36,271 nucleotides of DNA. Source: a virus. How positions within the stretch are numbered: the stretch's first letter is position 1; every line of letters starts with the position of its first letter. The translations under genes and the position numbers were made by a program. The stretch is from UHGV virus genome UHGV-0245185; one strand, 5' to 3'. Positions 1 to 8,549 of the stretch are shown piece after piece. The notes under the pieces were generated by a model, which had not been told where the DNA came from, made no database searches, and saw nothing but the letters and a program-made list of their open reading frames with translations.

Positions 1-1385
1 CGACCGCGGGATTTAATTGTCTCATTAAATTCTTCATCTAATGTAAACACATAATCCGCTTCCATTATTTTAAGATAATGGTTAATCTGCTTATTAAATA
101 ATGGAATGTACTTTTTAATAATAGCACCTTTAATACCAGAATCTTTGAGCATATCAGTCAAAATTCCTCTGTGGTATTTTTCCATTACTAAATTAGTTTT
201 TGTCTTAACAATTTTATCAAGTTCTTCTTGAAGCAGTGCTATTTCATCAGCATGGTCAATAAACTCAGATGATGCTTTTTCTATAGCTGCTTTAACTTTT
301 TTAGCTTTATCTACCGTCGTGATTAGAGATTGCTTTTTATTGCGAATATCATTCGCCAACGTCTGCTGGGTTTTAATATTATCTCGGTATTCATCAACAA
401 GAACTTTTAAATTATCACGATGTGTTGAAAGCTGTTCAAACGAATGTGTGCATTCAGAAACTTTATCTTTAATTTTAGAAACAACTTTATCACCGGAACT
501 TAATTGTGACAAACAGGTTGGACACAATCCACCTTCGTGATACATATTAATGACTTTATTATACGAGTCAATTTTTGATTTAATTAAAAATGCTTCTTGA
601 CCGATTTTATTAAATGCATCAGTCGGGTCTTCATCCAAAACAATATTAACTAATCTTTCATTAGCTTCTTCTATTTCCGATTTTAACGTTCTAGCTTCTT
701 TTGCCAAATCATCATACATATTCTGTAGACGAGTAAGGTTATCACCAGTTAATTTTTTCTGGCGTTCAACGTTATCATTATATATTTTAATTTGCTGGAT
801 AATACTATCTTTTTTAACATCAAGCACTTGGTTTTGTGAATTTAATTCACGTATTAGTGCTTTATTAAGCTTATCCATTTCAGCTAATGTTCCTACCTCG
901 AGCAGGTCTTCGACGAGTTTTCTTCTTGCAGGAGTGGATAGGCCCATAAAAGGGGTATATCCAGCCGTGCCGAGTACGACGATCTGTTTGAAACTGGCAT
1001 ATGACATTCCGATAAGCTGTTCAAATTCTGCTTGGAAATCTTTACTGCTGGCAGATTCATTAAGACGTGTACCGTTAACGGTGATTTCGAAAACATTCGG
1101 TTTTTGTCCTCTTTTGATATAGTACTTTTTCTCATCATATTCCATCCACAGTTCAACTAAAAGTTCTTTCTTATTTGTGCTGTTTATTAATTGACCTTTC
1201 TTTACATCACGAAATGGCTTGCCAAAAAGCCCAAATGTGATGGCTTCTAACATAGTAGACTTACCACCGCCATTTCGTCCAGTAATAAGAGTTTTTTGAA
1301 CCTTATCTAGTTGAATGTCAATAGGATTTCCACCTACTGACATTATATTTTGATACCTAACTCGGTTTAGTTTAAAATTCTTCAC
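1..1385 (-). CDS. 46: Recombination endonuclease subunit gp46 (Rad50/SbcC-like ATPase), N-terminal ~460 aa; 3' end lies beyond the window start
   Basis: Minus-strand frame open from 1385 to position 1. GTG start at 1385..1383 with AAGGAA SD 6 nt upstream, overlapping the upstream stop (GTGA). Translation VKNFKLNRVRYQNIMSVGGNPIDIQLDKVQKTLITGRNGGGKST has a Walker A motif and matches T4 gp46 as I recall it. Absent from the ORF track because it is partial. Confidence 0.9.
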   Translation of the reverse strand, partial: MKNFKLNRVRYQNIMSVGGNPIDIQLDKVQKTLITGRNGGGKSTMLEAITFGLFGKPFRDVKKGQLINSTNKKELLVELWMEYDEKKYYIKRGQKPNVFEITVNGTRLNESASSKDFQAEFEQLIGMSYASFKQIVVLGTAGYTPFMGLSTPARRKLVEDLLEVGTLAEMDKLNKALIRELNSQNQVLDVKKDSIIQQIKIYNDNVERQKKLTGDNLTRLQNMYDDLAKEARTLKSEIEEANERLVNIVLDEDPTDAFNKIGQEAFLIKSKIDSYNKVINMYHEGGLCPTCLSQLSSGDKVVSKIKDKVSECTHSFEQLSTHRDNLKVLVDEYRDNIKTQQTLANDIRNKKQSLITTVDKAKKVKAAIEKASSEFIDHADEIALLQEELDKIVKTKTNLVMEKYHRGILTDMLKDSGIKGAIIKKYIPLFNKQINHYLKIMEADYVFTLDEEFNETIKSRG

Positions 1386-1645
1386 AAAAGATTCCTTTTA
1401 ATGTATCTTTTAGACCATTCTATCATATCATCATAATCTAAAAAGTATTCATCAAATTCAGCCATGCAAACAACACCTTGTGCTGCTTTTGATGTGATAT
1501 AAATTATTCCAACATATCTAGAATCTTCTTCGGTGTAATCAATATTTGCTATAAATTCATCGTTAATGTCAAATGTCGAAAACTTCACAGTATGCATCCT
1601 TAATACAAGATACAGCCATATCTTGTAATGATTTAGGTGTGTCAT
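1382..1645 (-). CDS. Hypothetical small protein between 47 and 46 (T4 46.1 position)
   Basis: ORF track, 87 aa. Alternative internal ATG at 1597; neither start has a clear SD. Overlaps the next ORF. Confidence 0.45.
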   Translation of the reverse strand: MTHLNHYKIWLYLVLRMHTVKFSTFDINDEFIANIDYTEEDSRYVGIIYITSKAAQGVVCMAEFDEYFLDYDDMIEWSKRYIKRNLL

Positions 1646-1832
1646 TATCTAAAATGTTGAAGTTAAAAGATACAGCCCAGTCAGTGCAGACCGTAACCTT
1701 TTTAATACAATTATCTTCAACCTCTAGCGGTTCAAACCAATATTCAATAATTTCTTTATGCCCAATATCATCTTTTACTTCGCATTCAAAATGCTGACTC
1801 ATCATAACATTTTTAAATTCATCAAAAGTCAT
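1569..1832 (-). CDS. Hypothetical small protein (T4 46.2 position)
   Basis: ORF track, 87 aa. ATG overlaps the gp47 stop (ATGA), suggesting translational coupling. Confidence 0.5.
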   Translation of the reverse strand: MTFDEFKNVMMSQHFECEVKDDIGHKEIIEYWFEPLEVEDNCIKKVTVCTDWAVSFNFNILDNDTPKSLQDMAVSCIKDAYCEVFDI

Positions 1833-2848
1833 TGTGTTGCCTCTACATATAACTGATTTGCATATTGAATAAGTGCTTCGCGATCAGAATCAGTGATGTC
1901 TGGAATTGCATTAATGTATTCTTCCATCAACGTCTGAAGAGATTGAACTTCAACTTCTTCACTATCATCTGACTCGACTGAGTTATCAATCTTTGACACA
2001 ACTCGTAATGAATGCACAACTTTTTCTAGTTCAGATTCGAACTTCGTTAGATTTTTGTCTACTTCAGTTACTATAACACGCACTGATAGATTTGTAAAAT
2101 CTTTATAGTCAATTTTTCCCTCAAATGGATATTGAATTCGACGATGCCAGGTGGTGTTGTTTGGAATAAATTCCATTCGTTCTGTTTCTGTATCAAACAT
2201 CCAGAACCCGCGAGGGTCATTCTCGTCACCTGCAGTTAGTGTCCATGGTGTCCCAATATATCTGACGTTAGCAGCCTCAGAGATAGTATGGAAGTGACCA
2301 GACCACACCTCTTTATAAGTCTTAAGGAAATCAGGTTCAAGACCGTGAGATTTCATTCCTTTATAAAAATAAAATCCATTCAGTTCCCAGTGACCAACAC
2401 AAAAAGAAGCAGATGAAGTTTTGATGTGTTCAAGAATTTCACCAGTATTTTCTTCGCACATCCAAGGAATTAAATCAATCAAACATCCGTCAAAATCTAC
2501 TGTAGTAGGCTTATCATATACTTTAACATTAGGATATTTAGCCAAAAGCTCAGTAGAAGCATTTGGATGCATTACATTTTTGTAGTGGAGATCGTGATTT
2601 CCTACAATAGTATGTAATGTGATTCCAGCACCATCAAGCATTTGAACTATTTCACGAGCGAACTCCATAGTTTTATGCGTGATTGCTTTTCGCACATCAA
2701 AAATATCGCCGTATTGAATCCATGTAGTAATTCCATTTTTCTTAGAATATTCTATCGCTTGCTTAATTCCATCAATTTGAATACCGCGAATCCACTCATC
2801 ATCAGCTTTAACGCCTAAATGCCAATCACCCAAGTTTAGTATTTTCAT
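1829..2848 (-). CDS. 47: Recombination endonuclease subunit gp47 (Mre11/SbcD-like phosphoesterase)
   Basis: 339 aa with phosphoesterase motifs (GDWHLG, GNHD). Near-identical to T4 gp47 as recalled. Confidence 0.95.
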   Translation of the reverse strand: MKILNLGDWHLGVKADDEWIRGIQIDGIKQAIEYSKKNGITTWIQYGDIFDVRKAITHKTMEFAREIVQMLDGAGITLHTIVGNHDLHYKNVMHPNASTELLAKYPNVKVYDKPTTVDFDGCLIDLIPWMCEENTGEILEHIKTSSASFCVGHWELNGFYFYKGMKSHGLEPDFLKTYKEVWSGHFHTISEAANVRYIGTPWTLTAGDENDPRGFWMFDTETERMEFIPNNTTWHRRIQYPFEGKIDYKDFTNLSVRVIVTEVDKNLTKFESELEKVVHSLRVVSKIDNSVESDDSEEVEVQSLQTLMEEYINAIPDITDSDREALIQYANQLYVEATQ

Positions 2849-3449
2849 GGTGTCTTTTCCATCCTAATTTAGCTGCTTTTGAAACCAGTTCTTTAATTTT
2901 TCCTTTTGTCCATTCAGGACCAGGAGGTTCATGACATAACATTTGCTTAACTCCGTTATTATACCATTTTTTACCTTTATTATGTGATGAAGCTTTAAAT
3001 TTATTTGACCTTCCTTTTACATAACCTTCTGGAATATAAGGCAAAAAGGCAGATTTTCCTGTTAATGGATCATGTGAATGTATATTTCCTTTACAATTAT
3101 GAGAACCATATAATGGATGATTTTGTCCTTTATTATCTCTTCCAAATGAACCTTTTGGAGCAGCATATGACATATTAAAGAATAATGGATTTTTAACTGC
3201 ATCATGCAATCGTTGATAATATAACTCGCATTTAATAGCTTCTTCACGCGTATCAAATTCAGCTAAAATGCATGAATCAAATAAGTGAGGATTATCTGAA
3301 AGCTCTTTATTATAAATTTTCTTATACTTTTTAGATAAAACTGAACCATGATATCCAGCTAAATGCCTATCTAAAGACGTAGATCCAATATAAAAAGGAG
3401 GAAGCTTATCTCCACTATATATTGTTAAATAAGTTATATATTTTTTCAT
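2826..3449 (-). CDS. GIY-YIG family endonuclease-like protein (putative free-standing homing endonuclease, Seg-like)
   Basis: 207 aa. N-terminus TIY-x9-YIGST, then DRH, FDSCILAEF and EEAIKCE, paralleling I-TevI GIY / YVGS / FECSILEE / ERENF. Basic G/K/H-rich C-terminal half. Its 3' end overlaps the gene 47 start by 23 nt. Confidence 0.65.
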   Translation of the reverse strand: MKKYITYLTIYSGDKLPPFYIGSTSLDRHLAGYHGSVLSKKYKKIYNKELSDNPHLFDSCILAEFDTREEAIKCELYYQRLHDAVKNPLFFNMSYAAPKGSFGRDNKGQNHPLYGSHNCKGNIHSHDPLTGKSAFLPYIPEGYVKGRSNKFKASSHNKGKKWYNNGVKQMLCHEPPGPEWTKGKIKELVSKAAKLGWKRHHENTKLG

Positions 3450-3608
3450 ATATCAAGAACCGTCATTGAAATGCAAAATAAAATTATTGAAATAAATCCA
3501 TCTGGAGTGCTAAAGAACCCAATCCAACACGCTCTAGTGAATAGATAAAATGCGAGAAAAAGTATCACATATCCAAGAAATATCATTATATCAAACTCCG
3601 TATAAAGC

Positions 3609-3628
3609 TAAAGGGCCGAAGCCCTTTA
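3609..3628 (-). terminator. GC hairpin with UUCG tetraloop directly after the a-gt stop (weak terminator or RNA-stability element)
   Basis: Plus taaagggccgaagcccttta: 8-bp stem, loop CGAA (UUCG in the minus-sense RNA). The downstream U-tract is weak. Confidence 0.4.
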
Positions 3629-4828
3629 TTTTGTAATAATGTCAAACTGTTCTTTAAAGCAGAAGCTTGAATCTTGATGCTGATACAAAAATTCATAAGC
3701 TTTTTCGCGTTCACGGTCATAAAGAGCTCGGTCAGATGACAGTTCTTTAATACGTTCAAATGTTGATTCCATGTCATTTTCATCAAACCAAACGATACCG
3801 CTATCATGAGAAATTAACGGAGTATTATCAACACGGAATTTTAAATTTTCGCCAGTAGATTTCCAAAATACTGGAATTGTTCCACATGCACCAAGCTCGA
3901 GATGAGTATATTCTAAAGAACGTTGTAGATATTTTTTGTCCAACTTACTCAACTGATAACCAAATCCGGATTTACTCATGCGTTCAAGCATTTCGCTATT
4001 TACATAACGGTCGAGAATTTGCGTCGGCAAATTAGGAGCAATTTTAATTTGGTCTACTTGATGAAGACGATAATACTCATATGGAATTCCTTTTTCTTTA
4101 ATAGGAATGAACGCTGGAGAACGTTCCAGACCTTCCATAATAGTACTTAGCCCAGCAGGTTTAAGATGTTTTTCGTGAAAATCAAACATCTGATAAAAAC
4201 CTTTCCATGTAGTCGTACGACCAATCCAACGGTTGACATTCATGTTAATTTCAGAAACATCTTTCCAGTAGGTTGATCGAACCTTCGCAATATCCATAGG
4301 AGGCTGAAAGTTGTATACAGTCGGTGCTTCTTCAATATCATCAAACAGAGAAACCGTTTCTGGATACCATTCTTTCATCAAAACTTTATTAAAGTCACCA
4401 TTATCAGAATGGCTAAAAATAACATCAGCTCGACGAACAGTTTCTTCTAATCCCAAATTTCGGCGCAAAGAAAGAGAAGAATGGTCATGTTGATAAACTA
4501 CAACACGAACCGAAGGTTTAATGTTATCAATAATTTTTTTATAGTTATTAATAGTGTCTTCTTCGACTGAAGTAGCAGGAACTGAATTGATAATTAGAAT
4601 ATCACAATCATTTACCAGCTTAAGTGTTTTATCGTATTCTTTTGCCAATAAAACCGGAATTGAAAATGATTTATAATCGTGCGCGCAATTACGGGTAAAT
4701 GATTTATCTTTAGCATAAACCAAAGTTACTTCATGACCATTTTTAATAAACCAATCACGTTGCTCAAGAGAAAATTTAGTTACGCCACAACCTTCAAGAC
4801 CTCGAGCCATAAAAATGCATACTTTCAT
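3626..4828 (-). CDS. a-gt: DNA alpha-glucosyltransferase
   Basis: 400 aa, near-identical to T4 alpha-gt as recalled (MxxCIFMARGLEGCGVTKFSLEQRDWF...). Confidence 0.9.
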   Translation of the reverse strand: MKVCIFMARGLEGCGVTKFSLEQRDWFIKNGHEVTLVYAKDKSFTRNCAHDYKSFSIPVLLAKEYDKTLKLVNDCDILIINSVPATSVEEDTINNYKKIIDNIKPSVRVVVYQHDHSSLSLRRNLGLEETVRRADVIFSHSDNGDFNKVLMKEWYPETVSLFDDIEEAPTVYNFQPPMDIAKVRSTYWKDVSEINMNVNRWIGRTTTWKGFYQMFDFHEKHLKPAGLSTIMEGLERSPAFIPIKEKGIPYEYYRLHQVDQIKIAPNLPTQILDRYVNSEMLERMSKSGFGYQLSKLDKKYLQRSLEYTHLELGACGTIPVFWKSTGENLKFRVDNTPLISHDSGIVWFDENDMESTFERIKELSSDRALYDREREKAYEFLYQHQDSSFCFKEQFDIITK

Positions 4829-4878
4829 TTAATATCCTCATTGTTTTGGTTTATTTTACCAAAAATTTATAAAGCAAT

Positions 4879-4898
4879 ATAGGAGCCGAAGCTCCTAT
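4879..4898 (-). terminator. GC hairpin with UUCG tetraloop followed by a T-rich tract
   Basis: Plus ataggagccgaagctcctat: 8-bp stem, loop CGAA. Minus strand continues ATTGCTTTATAAATTTTTGG. The stop of the small ORF 4895..5068 lies in the stem. Confidence 0.45.
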
Positions 4899-5068
4899 CC
4901 GCATAATACACCATACAGAGGCTCATTAGAGCTTCTAAATTTTATACGCTTATATGTTATAGTTCCTTCTGCTTTAGCTTTATCATGAGACTCTTTAAAG
5001 CGTCTCATCATTTCTGCTTTAGAGGAACGAATTTTATTATAATCTATTTCAGAAGTCTGGGTGTTCAT
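4895..5068 (-). CDS. Hypothetical small protein (57 aa), not in the ORF track
   Basis: ATG at 5068, 3 nt after the upstream ORF stop; TAG stop at 4895-4897. Translation MNTQTSEIDYNKIRSSKAEMMRRFKESHDKAKAEGTITYKRIKFRSSNEPLYGVLCG. Weak SD. Confidence 0.3.
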   Translation of the reverse strand: MNTQTSEIDYNKIRSSKAEMMRRFKESHDKAKAEGTITYKRIKFRSSNEPLYGVLCG

Positions 5069-5071
5069 CTT

Positions 5072-5275
5072 TCACAGTTGCCACCATTTTTTGACTTGAT
5101 AGGAATCAACCCACACTTTCATATTAGGGTCTGCTCTTACAATAGGAGGATTAACTTCTTTAATTGAACTATCATGGTATTCTTTTTCAGAAATTTTCAC
5201 ACAAAGATGACCGTTCAAAGATTCAGTAAATCCTGCATTAATTTTAAGACGCTTGAATTTTACGTTTGTAAGCAT
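5072..5275 (-). CDS. Hypothetical small protein
   Basis: ORF track 5072..5278 starts at TTG; the adjacent ATG at 5275 is preferred. Confidence 0.4.
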   Translation of the reverse strand: MLTNVKFKRLKINAGFTESLNGHLCVKISEKEYHDSSIKEVNPPIVRADPNMKVWVDSYQVKKWWQL

Positions 5276-5561
5276 CAATCATATCCTCAATCTGCGATCT
5301 AGTAGTCTTCCAAAGAATACTAATGAGTTCATCGTTATATGGCTGTTTTAGAATATCCCGACTTTTCTTGATAGCATATTCGTATTGAGCAAAATTATTG
5401 TTTTCAGCTGCAATCTGAGCGTGCTTATAAAGACGGTTCAGTTCGCGTTTGTTTTTAGACAATAACTTATTTGCTTTTCTTTCTGCTTCAAGACGGTTCT
5501 TTTCTTCAATAGAAGAAATAAGCTTTTCCACTTCATCATTAATTTCGGGTTTATCAGTCAT
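5244..5561 (-). CDS. Hypothetical protein (105 aa, charged, likely helical)
   Basis: ORF track; ATG 2 nt after the upstream stop, SD-like AGAGAAA. Confidence 0.5.
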   Translation of the reverse strand: MTDKPEINDEVEKLISSIEEKNRLEAERKANKLLSKNKRELNRLYKHAQIAAENNNFAQYEYAIKKSRDILKQPYNDELISILWKTTRSQIEDMIDAYKRKIQAS

Positions 5562-5562
5562 A

Positions 5563-5781
5563 TTATTTCTCTAATATAAAATAAAAATCATCATCTGTTA
5601 AATGATACCGATAGTTTAATTCTACACCATTAGATTTAAAAGCGGTATCATACGGATTTTCTGGATCAATATCAATGTCAAGAGCTAAAACTTCCCTGAG
5701 ATACATTTTAAGTAAATAGGGAATAGCTTCAACTTCAGGTATTTCTTCCAAGAATCCGGAGAGGTTAATCGTTAGCCTCAT
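5563..5781 (-). CDS. Hypothetical small acidic protein (72 aa)
   Basis: ORF track; start overlaps the gene 55 3' end by 17 nt. Confidence 0.45.
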
Positions 5782-6322
5782 ATAAAAAATCCAAACTAGG
5801 AGAATCGTCTACAACACTTTTCTTTTCAGCCCCCGGTGTTCTATAGGTTGATTCTTCGTAATGCGTCATTTTATCGTAGATGTCTTGAATAAAAGTTTCA
5901 TCTACTAACGCAACCATATCGTCGTCACGACTGTCATAGACATTGTGAACGAAGTAACTATATTTCTTTGCAACTTCCTTACGTTCTTTTTTAATACGTT
6001 GGACGAATGCATTAAAACAAGCTTGAGTTATATATGCATGTGGGTTTTTATATTTCGTTTCATCAAAATTATGAAGCCCCTTAATAGAAGCTTCTATACC
6101 ATCTGCAATCATTTCTTGTTTCCAAGATTGGGTGTATCCTGAAAAGTTGAAACGTTTAGATAAGCCTTCTGCAATAAGCATAATGGCTAATCCGATAGTA
6201 TCATTCTGACGAACTACTTTATTTGGGTCTTTATTATTTGCTAATTCTGTTTTCCAATCAATAATAGCTTGTAAAAGCTCTTTATTGTTTACGTAATTAT
6301 ATTTAGGCTTAGTTTCTGACAT
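5765..6322 (-). CDS. 55: Late-transcription sigma factor gp55
   Basis: 185 aa from the ATG at 6322 ([18 protein letters not shown]...) with SD AAGAGGTGAAA; the track start at 6328 is a GTG two codons upstream. Matches T4 gp55 as recalled. Confidence 0.9.
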
Positions 6323-6359
6323 TTTCACCTCTTAGCTCAATTCATAGATCTATTATATC

Positions 6360-6387
6360 ATAATATTTGAAGATCTATCTTAAAGCA
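6360..6387 (-). promoter_or_regulatory. Putative MotA-dependent middle promoter upstream of gene 55
   Basis: Minus strand TGCTTTA (MotA-box-like), 15 nt, TATTAT. The -10 lies in the loop of an 8-bp inverted repeat ATAGATCT...AGATCTAT (6344-6351 / 6371-6378). Confidence 0.4.
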
Positions 6388-6400
6388 TAGAGGATATCAG

Positions 6401-6670
6401 TTATCTAAGTAAGCAGTATGCTTGGAACACTTTTTCCATCATCTTTTTAAATTCATGAATATCTATGTAATGACTAGTTAAATCAGCATGATATAAAAAG
6501 TCTAAAAACTTTTCATGCGTGCTAACATATTCGCTTTCATTTAATTCAGAAACATGGCTTTCCCAATATCCAACACCAGTCTTATTTGGGAAAAATGAAA
6601 TTTTCATGTATTGATCAACATAGAAAATGCCATAATTTTCAATAGTAATAGAAATATTAATAAATTTCAT
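6401..6670 (-). CDS. Hypothetical protein (89 aa)
   Basis: ORF track; ATG start; its start overlaps the stop of the upstream ORF (ATGA). Confidence 0.5.
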   Translation of the reverse strand: MKFINISITIENYGIFYVDQYMKISFFPNKTGVGYWESHVSELNESEYVSTHEKFLDFLYHADLTSHYIDIHEFKKMMEKVFQAYCLLR

Positions 6671-6888
6671 ACATTCATCAACTTAGCCGCTTCAAGAGCT
6701 GCATCTAGTGAATCAAACTGGTCAACGTATTCAATCAATTCGCCATAATTAGCATATAACCACCATTGGCTAAATTCATACTCAAGGATGAATCCATTTC
6801 CTTCAATTTGAGTTAAACCAATGCCATTTGTATTTACTTCATATCCGGCAAGACGCAAATCGTTAATAAGAGCTTCGTTCATATTCAT
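6667..6888 (-). CDS. Hypothetical protein (73 aa)
   Basis: ORF track; ATG start; coupled to the neighbouring ORF. Confidence 0.5.
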   Translation of the reverse strand: MNMNEALINDLRLAGYEVNTNGIGLTQIEGNGFILEYEFSQWWLYANYGELIEYVDQFDSLDAALEAAKLMNV

Positions 6889-7211
6889 ACCTTAGCAATT
6901 TTCAGGTCAGCAAATTTTTTCTTGCGTTGATTTTTCATACGACGAATAGTTTTATCGGAAATTTCATGCTTTTGATAAGCTTTAGATTCTACACCAAAAG
7001 CTTTAACATCAAATTCTGACAAGATATATTGAACCAACAATTCACGGACAGTATTGCGCCCAATCTTCTGATCATTCTGTTTCATCGTCTGATGAAGCTC
7101 TTTTTCCCATTTATCCAAAATTTGAGGAGTTACAATATCGCCTTTTTCTAGCAAAGAAACTACTTTATCATATGCGTAAGAATTGATGGCGTTTTTAATT
7201 TGAATAGTCAT
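6885..7211 (-). CDS. Hypothetical basic protein (108 aa)
   Basis: ORF track; ATG start preceded by GAGGATAATGT. Confidence 0.55.
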   Translation of the reverse strand: MTIQIKNAINSYAYDKVVSLLEKGDIVTPQILDKWEKELHQTMKQNDQKIGRNTVRELLVQYILSEFDVKAFGVESKAYQKHEISDKTIRRMKNQRKKKFADLKIAKV

Positions 7212-7246
7212 ACATTATCCTCAATTGCATTAAAATTTTATTATCC

Positions 7247-7266
7247 AAAAAAGGGCCGAAGCCCTT
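7247..7266 (-). terminator. Intrinsic terminator (UUCG-tetraloop hairpin plus U-tract)
   Basis: Plus aaaa-aagggccgaagccctt; minus reads AAGGGC-TTCG-GCCCTT-TTTT. Sits immediately after the stop of ORF 7265..7465. Confidence 0.6.
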
Positions 7267-7465
7267 AGCTAAACCGTTTGGCACCCTTCCAGCCTTCGTA
7301 CATCATTGCAACTGACAATGACAAAGCTCCTTCGCATGCTGCATACTTATTATTCCAGAACCAATTTAGAAAAACTTCATCCTCAATACCATTATGTTTC
7401 ATGTTCTGGAAAAATTTGGCACGTTCTTCAGCAATTCGTTGTGATAATTTAGATTCAGGATTCAT
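7265..7465 (-). CDS. Hypothetical protein (66 aa)
   Basis: ORF track; ATG start. Confidence 0.5.
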   Translation of the reverse strand: MNPESKLSQRIAEERAKFFQNMKHNGIEDEVFLNWFWNNKYAACEGALSLSVAMMYEGWKGAKRFS

Positions 7466-7597
7466 TTAAATTTTCCAGTTACCATTTTCATCAATAAATT
7501 TAATCCAGTCATTTACTGACCACTTGGTCGTATCGCCCTTTGGAGCAACATTTAAAGTGTATAATCCTTGTTTAAAAAGCATACGTTTGATATTCAT
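7466..7597 (-). CDS. Hypothetical small protein (43 aa from the internal ATG)
   Basis: The track ORF 7466..7681 overlaps its neighbour by 77 nt. The ATG at 7597 has a strong SD (GAGGAAAAT) and follows the upstream stop at 7605. Confidence 0.4.
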   Translation of the reverse strand: MNIKRMLFKQGLYTLNVAPKGDTTKWSVNDWIKFIDENGNWKI

Positions 7598-7604
7598 ATT
7601 TTCC

Positions 7605-7898
7605 TCAGCTGTAACGATAGCACTCGTTTGATTTACGCTTAGCAACTCGTTGAGAAGTATTGTAATCAAAATCATCGTCAATGTAAACTGATTTTTTCAA
7701 CTTTCTTACTTCACCACGTAATTGGCGATTTAACTCATCTTTAACTTCTGAATCAATGCCTTTCATTCTACGCCATTTATCTGAGCGAAAAATGTTTTCA
7801 ACCATATCTTTATGACTTACACCATCAGGAGCTTTACGCTTTCCGAAATAGTCATAATCACGAACTTTCAAGTCTTTACGACGATACGTTTTACCCAT
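7605..7898 (-). CDS. Hypothetical basic protein (97 aa)
   Basis: Track ORF 7605..7943; the ATG at 7898 (MGKTYRRKD...) has SD AAGGAAAT 8 nt upstream and overlaps the stop of the upstream small ORF. Confidence 0.5.
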   Translation of the reverse strand: MGKTYRRKDLKVRDYDYFGKRKAPDGVSHKDMVENIFRSDKWRRMKGIDSEVKDELNRQLRGEVRKLKKSVYIDDDFDYNTSQRVAKRKSNECYRYS

Positions 7899-8067
7899 GG
7901 AGTTTAATTTCCTTAGCAACTGAACTAAATACAGCACGGTCACAAATCAAGCGTTTATTCCATTTAAGTAAAGTATAGTGAACCTCAAAATCATCTACTG
8001 CTGTAACAATAACGATATGTCCATTAACACGATAATACTGATCTCTTTTAATCTCTTTATCAACCAT
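7891..8067 (-). CDS. Hypothetical small protein (58 aa), not in the ORF track
   Basis: ATG at 8067 with SD GAGGAT; translation MVDKEIKRDQYYRVNGHIVIVTAVDDFEVHYTLLKWNKRLICDRAVFSSVAKEIKLHG. Stop overlaps the next start (ATGGGTAA). An early promoter lies upstream. Confidence 0.35.
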   Translation of the reverse strand: MVDKEIKRDQYYRVNGHIVIVTAVDDFEVHYTLLKWNKRLICDRAVFSSVAKEIKLHG

Positions 8068-8097
8068 ATCAAATCCTCAAAGGCAATTCATATGTTA

Positions 8098-8127
8098 ATA
8101 ATACCACAGTTTGAACTTGTTGTAAAC
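8098..8127 (-). promoter_or_regulatory. T4-type early promoter (GTTTAC, 18 nt, TATTAT)
   Basis: Minus strand GTTTAC-AACAAGTTCAAACTGTGG-TATTAT; lies between the nrdH-side terminator and the ORF starting at 8067. Confidence 0.5.
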
Positions 8128-8198
8128 AACTTTGTGAAAATTATTTTAGGGAATGATAAGAAGGGAACGATAGCTTAGAATGGTAATATACAGAATGT

Positions 8199-8222
8199 GA
8201 GAAAGAAAGGCCCAGAGGGCCC
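8199..8222 (-). terminator. Intrinsic terminator after nrdH
   Basis: Minus strand GGGCC(C)-TCT-GGGCC followed by TTTCTTTCTC, immediately after the nrdH stop. Confidence 0.55.
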
Positions 8223-8225
8223 GTC

Positions 8226-8549
8226 TTAGTCTTCTATGATATCTCTATCATATCCAAGTGAAATGAGAGTTTCTTTAAAGTGTTTAATGTTCTTTTGTCT
8301 AGAATCATTAATGAAAATGACTGGATAACGAATGTTAAGAGATGTGAATCCAGCACGTTTAGCAAGAGATACAATCAGTGGACGATCATACTCAATCTTA
8401 CCATTATTTGTAAGAACTTTATAGAAAGTAAAAGGAGCATTGAGCTCCTTTAAAAGTTTTGTAACTGATTGACATCCAGGACAACGACCAACTTCATCTG
8501 GAATTCCATAGACTTCAATCTTATTCTTTAAGTTCGAGTTTTGTTCCAC
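8226..8549 (-). CDS. nrdH: Glutaredoxin/thioredoxin-fold protein (NrdH-like, CPGC motif)
   Basis: KIEVYGIPDEVGRCPGCQ... redoxin fold. No in-frame ATG near the domain start; the GTG at 8549 has AAGGAA SD 9 nt upstream. The track start at 8678 is also GTG and overlaps the upstream ORF. Confidence 0.65.
   Translation of the reverse strand: MEQNSNLKNKIEVYGIPDEVGRCPGCQSVTKLLKELNAPFTFYKVLTNNGKIEYDRPLIVSLAKRAGFTSLNIRYPVIFINDSRQKNIKHFKETLISLGYDRDIIED

Noticed and set aside
319-1122. Plus-strand ORFs 319..540 and 934..1122, and minus-strand ORF 893..1156
   Set aside because: All fall inside the gene 46 coding region, on the opposite strand or in another frame.
3062-3807. Minus-strand ORFs 3062..3256 and 3586..3807
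   Set aside because: Alternative frames inside the GIY-YIG gene and the a-gt 3' end; hydrophobic, low-complexity translations.
4861-4880. Near-matches to the late promoter TATAAATA (4861-4880, about 15180-15188, about 13975-13985)
   Set aside because: Each is a 7-of-8 match (TATAAATT, TATAAATC, TATAAATG); T4 late promoters are intolerant of changes in the octamer, so these are not called.
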